Shown one piece after another: positions 62,561 through 64,000 of a stretch of DNA of 64,000 nucleotides. The stretch covers positions 39,219,376-39,283,375 of the forward strand of contig JARFYF010000007.1 of the NCBI GenBank assembly GCA_030265395.1, given 5' to 3'. The position numbers and the translations under genes are program-made. The stretch is from Rhina ancylostomus. Its lineage: Eukaryota. Under the pieces are notes generated by a model, which was given only the letters and a program-made list of their open reading frames with translations, ran no database searches and was not told the DNA's origin. How positions within the stretch are numbered: the stretch's first letter is position 1; every line of letters starts with the position of its first letter.

Positions 62561-63309
62561 ACGCTATCGCTTCCCAATTACTTTTGCTCAAAAGAAAATA
62601 ATCTATTTGTGAGTTTCATCTCACAAATATCTCTGGCTATTTCCCTGTAAGTGTTCTCTGTGCTTGCTCAAATGCTTTCACAGAGTGTAATGTTAGTTTG
62701 GGGCAGATATTCTGTTGAGAGCCACCTGAATTTGCTGACAGGTAAATCCATTGCTAAATCATAGTCTGAAGTGCAACCTTGTGTTCAGCGGAGCACTAGA
62801 CCTGGGATCCTAGAACTGGCACCAGGACAGCAATCTTATTAAAATGATTGGAGAAATCAGCCATTGGGTGAAAGATAAGTGAAGGTTTTTATTTGATTTC
62901 ATTAAGACACTGCTTGTGTGAGAATGTGTTGGGTAGTCTTTACATTCTTTAATTTTGTTTTGATAATTTATATTATCTTAAAATTGCTTTTATTTTTAGC
63001 AAATCCCCAGTGATCTTCAATGTTGAGAATATCAAAATCATTTATAAACATTTAACCACAACAACAGTTTTGATGGATGGTGAGCTCACTGGTGGGGCAC
63101 TGCTGACAGTCAAAGATGTTTCATGAGTGCAGCTGGCCAGTTACGATAAGAGGACATCTGTGCTGCCCTGGGTCTCTTCATCAGCTGGGATATAGCCTCC
63201 CATGGAACGCTGTGGGCTTCAGACACTCTGAAAGAAACAGCGCAGTCCAGTGCACATAACCACTGATCACAGGGTAACAGAACTTCTGATCCAATATCTT
63301 TTTCAGTTG

Positions 63310-63965
63310 TGGATAAATGGATATTGGGTATAATGTGGATAATTAGGGATTAATTTTAAGTTGAATGAGCAGCACGATCAATACCATTGCTTATGTTGTT
63401 GCAAAATGATTAAATAATGAAACATAACAATAAGGTAGAAAGACACATATTCAATCATGGAAATATGAATTTAGATCACAAAAGAGAATTAAAATTAAAG
63501 GGAAACATTGATAGTCAGGTTAGCTTTTAAGGTTTTAAGTTCTGAACAAGTTAGGAGATTTTCAAATAGCATCACAGCCTGGGAAAGCATTTTTCGAGTG
63601 ATGCTAAGACGTAAAAGATGCATTTTTCTCCCGTCAGTGAATGATTGTGCATTTATGGTAAAAAGGGTAAATACATCCTTGATAAACAGATTGGAAAGGA
63701 ATTGATAACAGATCGGAAGTAAGGCAAAATATGAACATAGAAGTTAAGTGATCATAAAATGGAGATGGTGGGAAAGTTCTGAAGGCTTTATTCAGACATT
63801 CTCAAGATACTAGAAGTATGAGAAAGATTTCATGAAATTTTACAGTATGATTTCAAGTGTTTAAAAAAGGCAGGTTCTAAAAGCAGGAAGAATTGCAAAC
63901 AACTATTATTTAGCCATGTATGAATTTCAAAGTTTTGGATAGACTAGTGGTCTGTGGCTTCATAA
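63310..63965 (+). mobile_element. Very old CR1 RT C-terminal remnant
   Basis: Degenerate similarity (cacagcctgggaaagcatt, ttggaaagga, ttcagacattctcaagatact, tttcaaagttttggataga). Confidence 0.4.
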
Positions 63966-64000
63966 TTCTAAGAAAGGAAGCAGGCAAATCTGAAATGTGG

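Overview
Eukaryotic (vertebrate) genomic DNA, AT-rich and CpG-depleted, with several N gaps. The repeat content points to an elasmobranch, possibly a ray/batoid (inference): HE1/V-SINE-type SINEs, HER1/CR1 LINEs, DeuSINE/SacSINE1-like remnants, and Penelope-like, L2 and RTE fragments. The window lies inside one minus-strand gene, teneurin-4 (TENM4). I resolved eight consecutive GT-AG coding exons between 54967 and 15666. They total 1491 nt (497 codons), have compatible phases and no stops, and encode the distal intracellular domain, transmembrane helix, juxtamembrane/Ig-like region and EGF repeats 1-3. The upstream exons and the EGF4-5 exon were not found. The rest is intron with transposon debris, and most ORF-track entries are spurious or LINE-derived. 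I found no convincing new biological system. The most notable observations are: an 86-bp near-perfect loopless palindrome; a diverged 31-bp tandem array whose register is restored exactly when a CR1 insertion is removed; hammerhead-ribozyme-like cores in Penelope-like repeats; a [10 protein letters not shown] (EVH1-ligand-like) motif and other substitutions in TENM4; and 100-N gaps whose flanks overlap. Comparisons to human TENM4 and to repeat consensus sequences are from memory, not from searches, and repeat boundaries are approximate.
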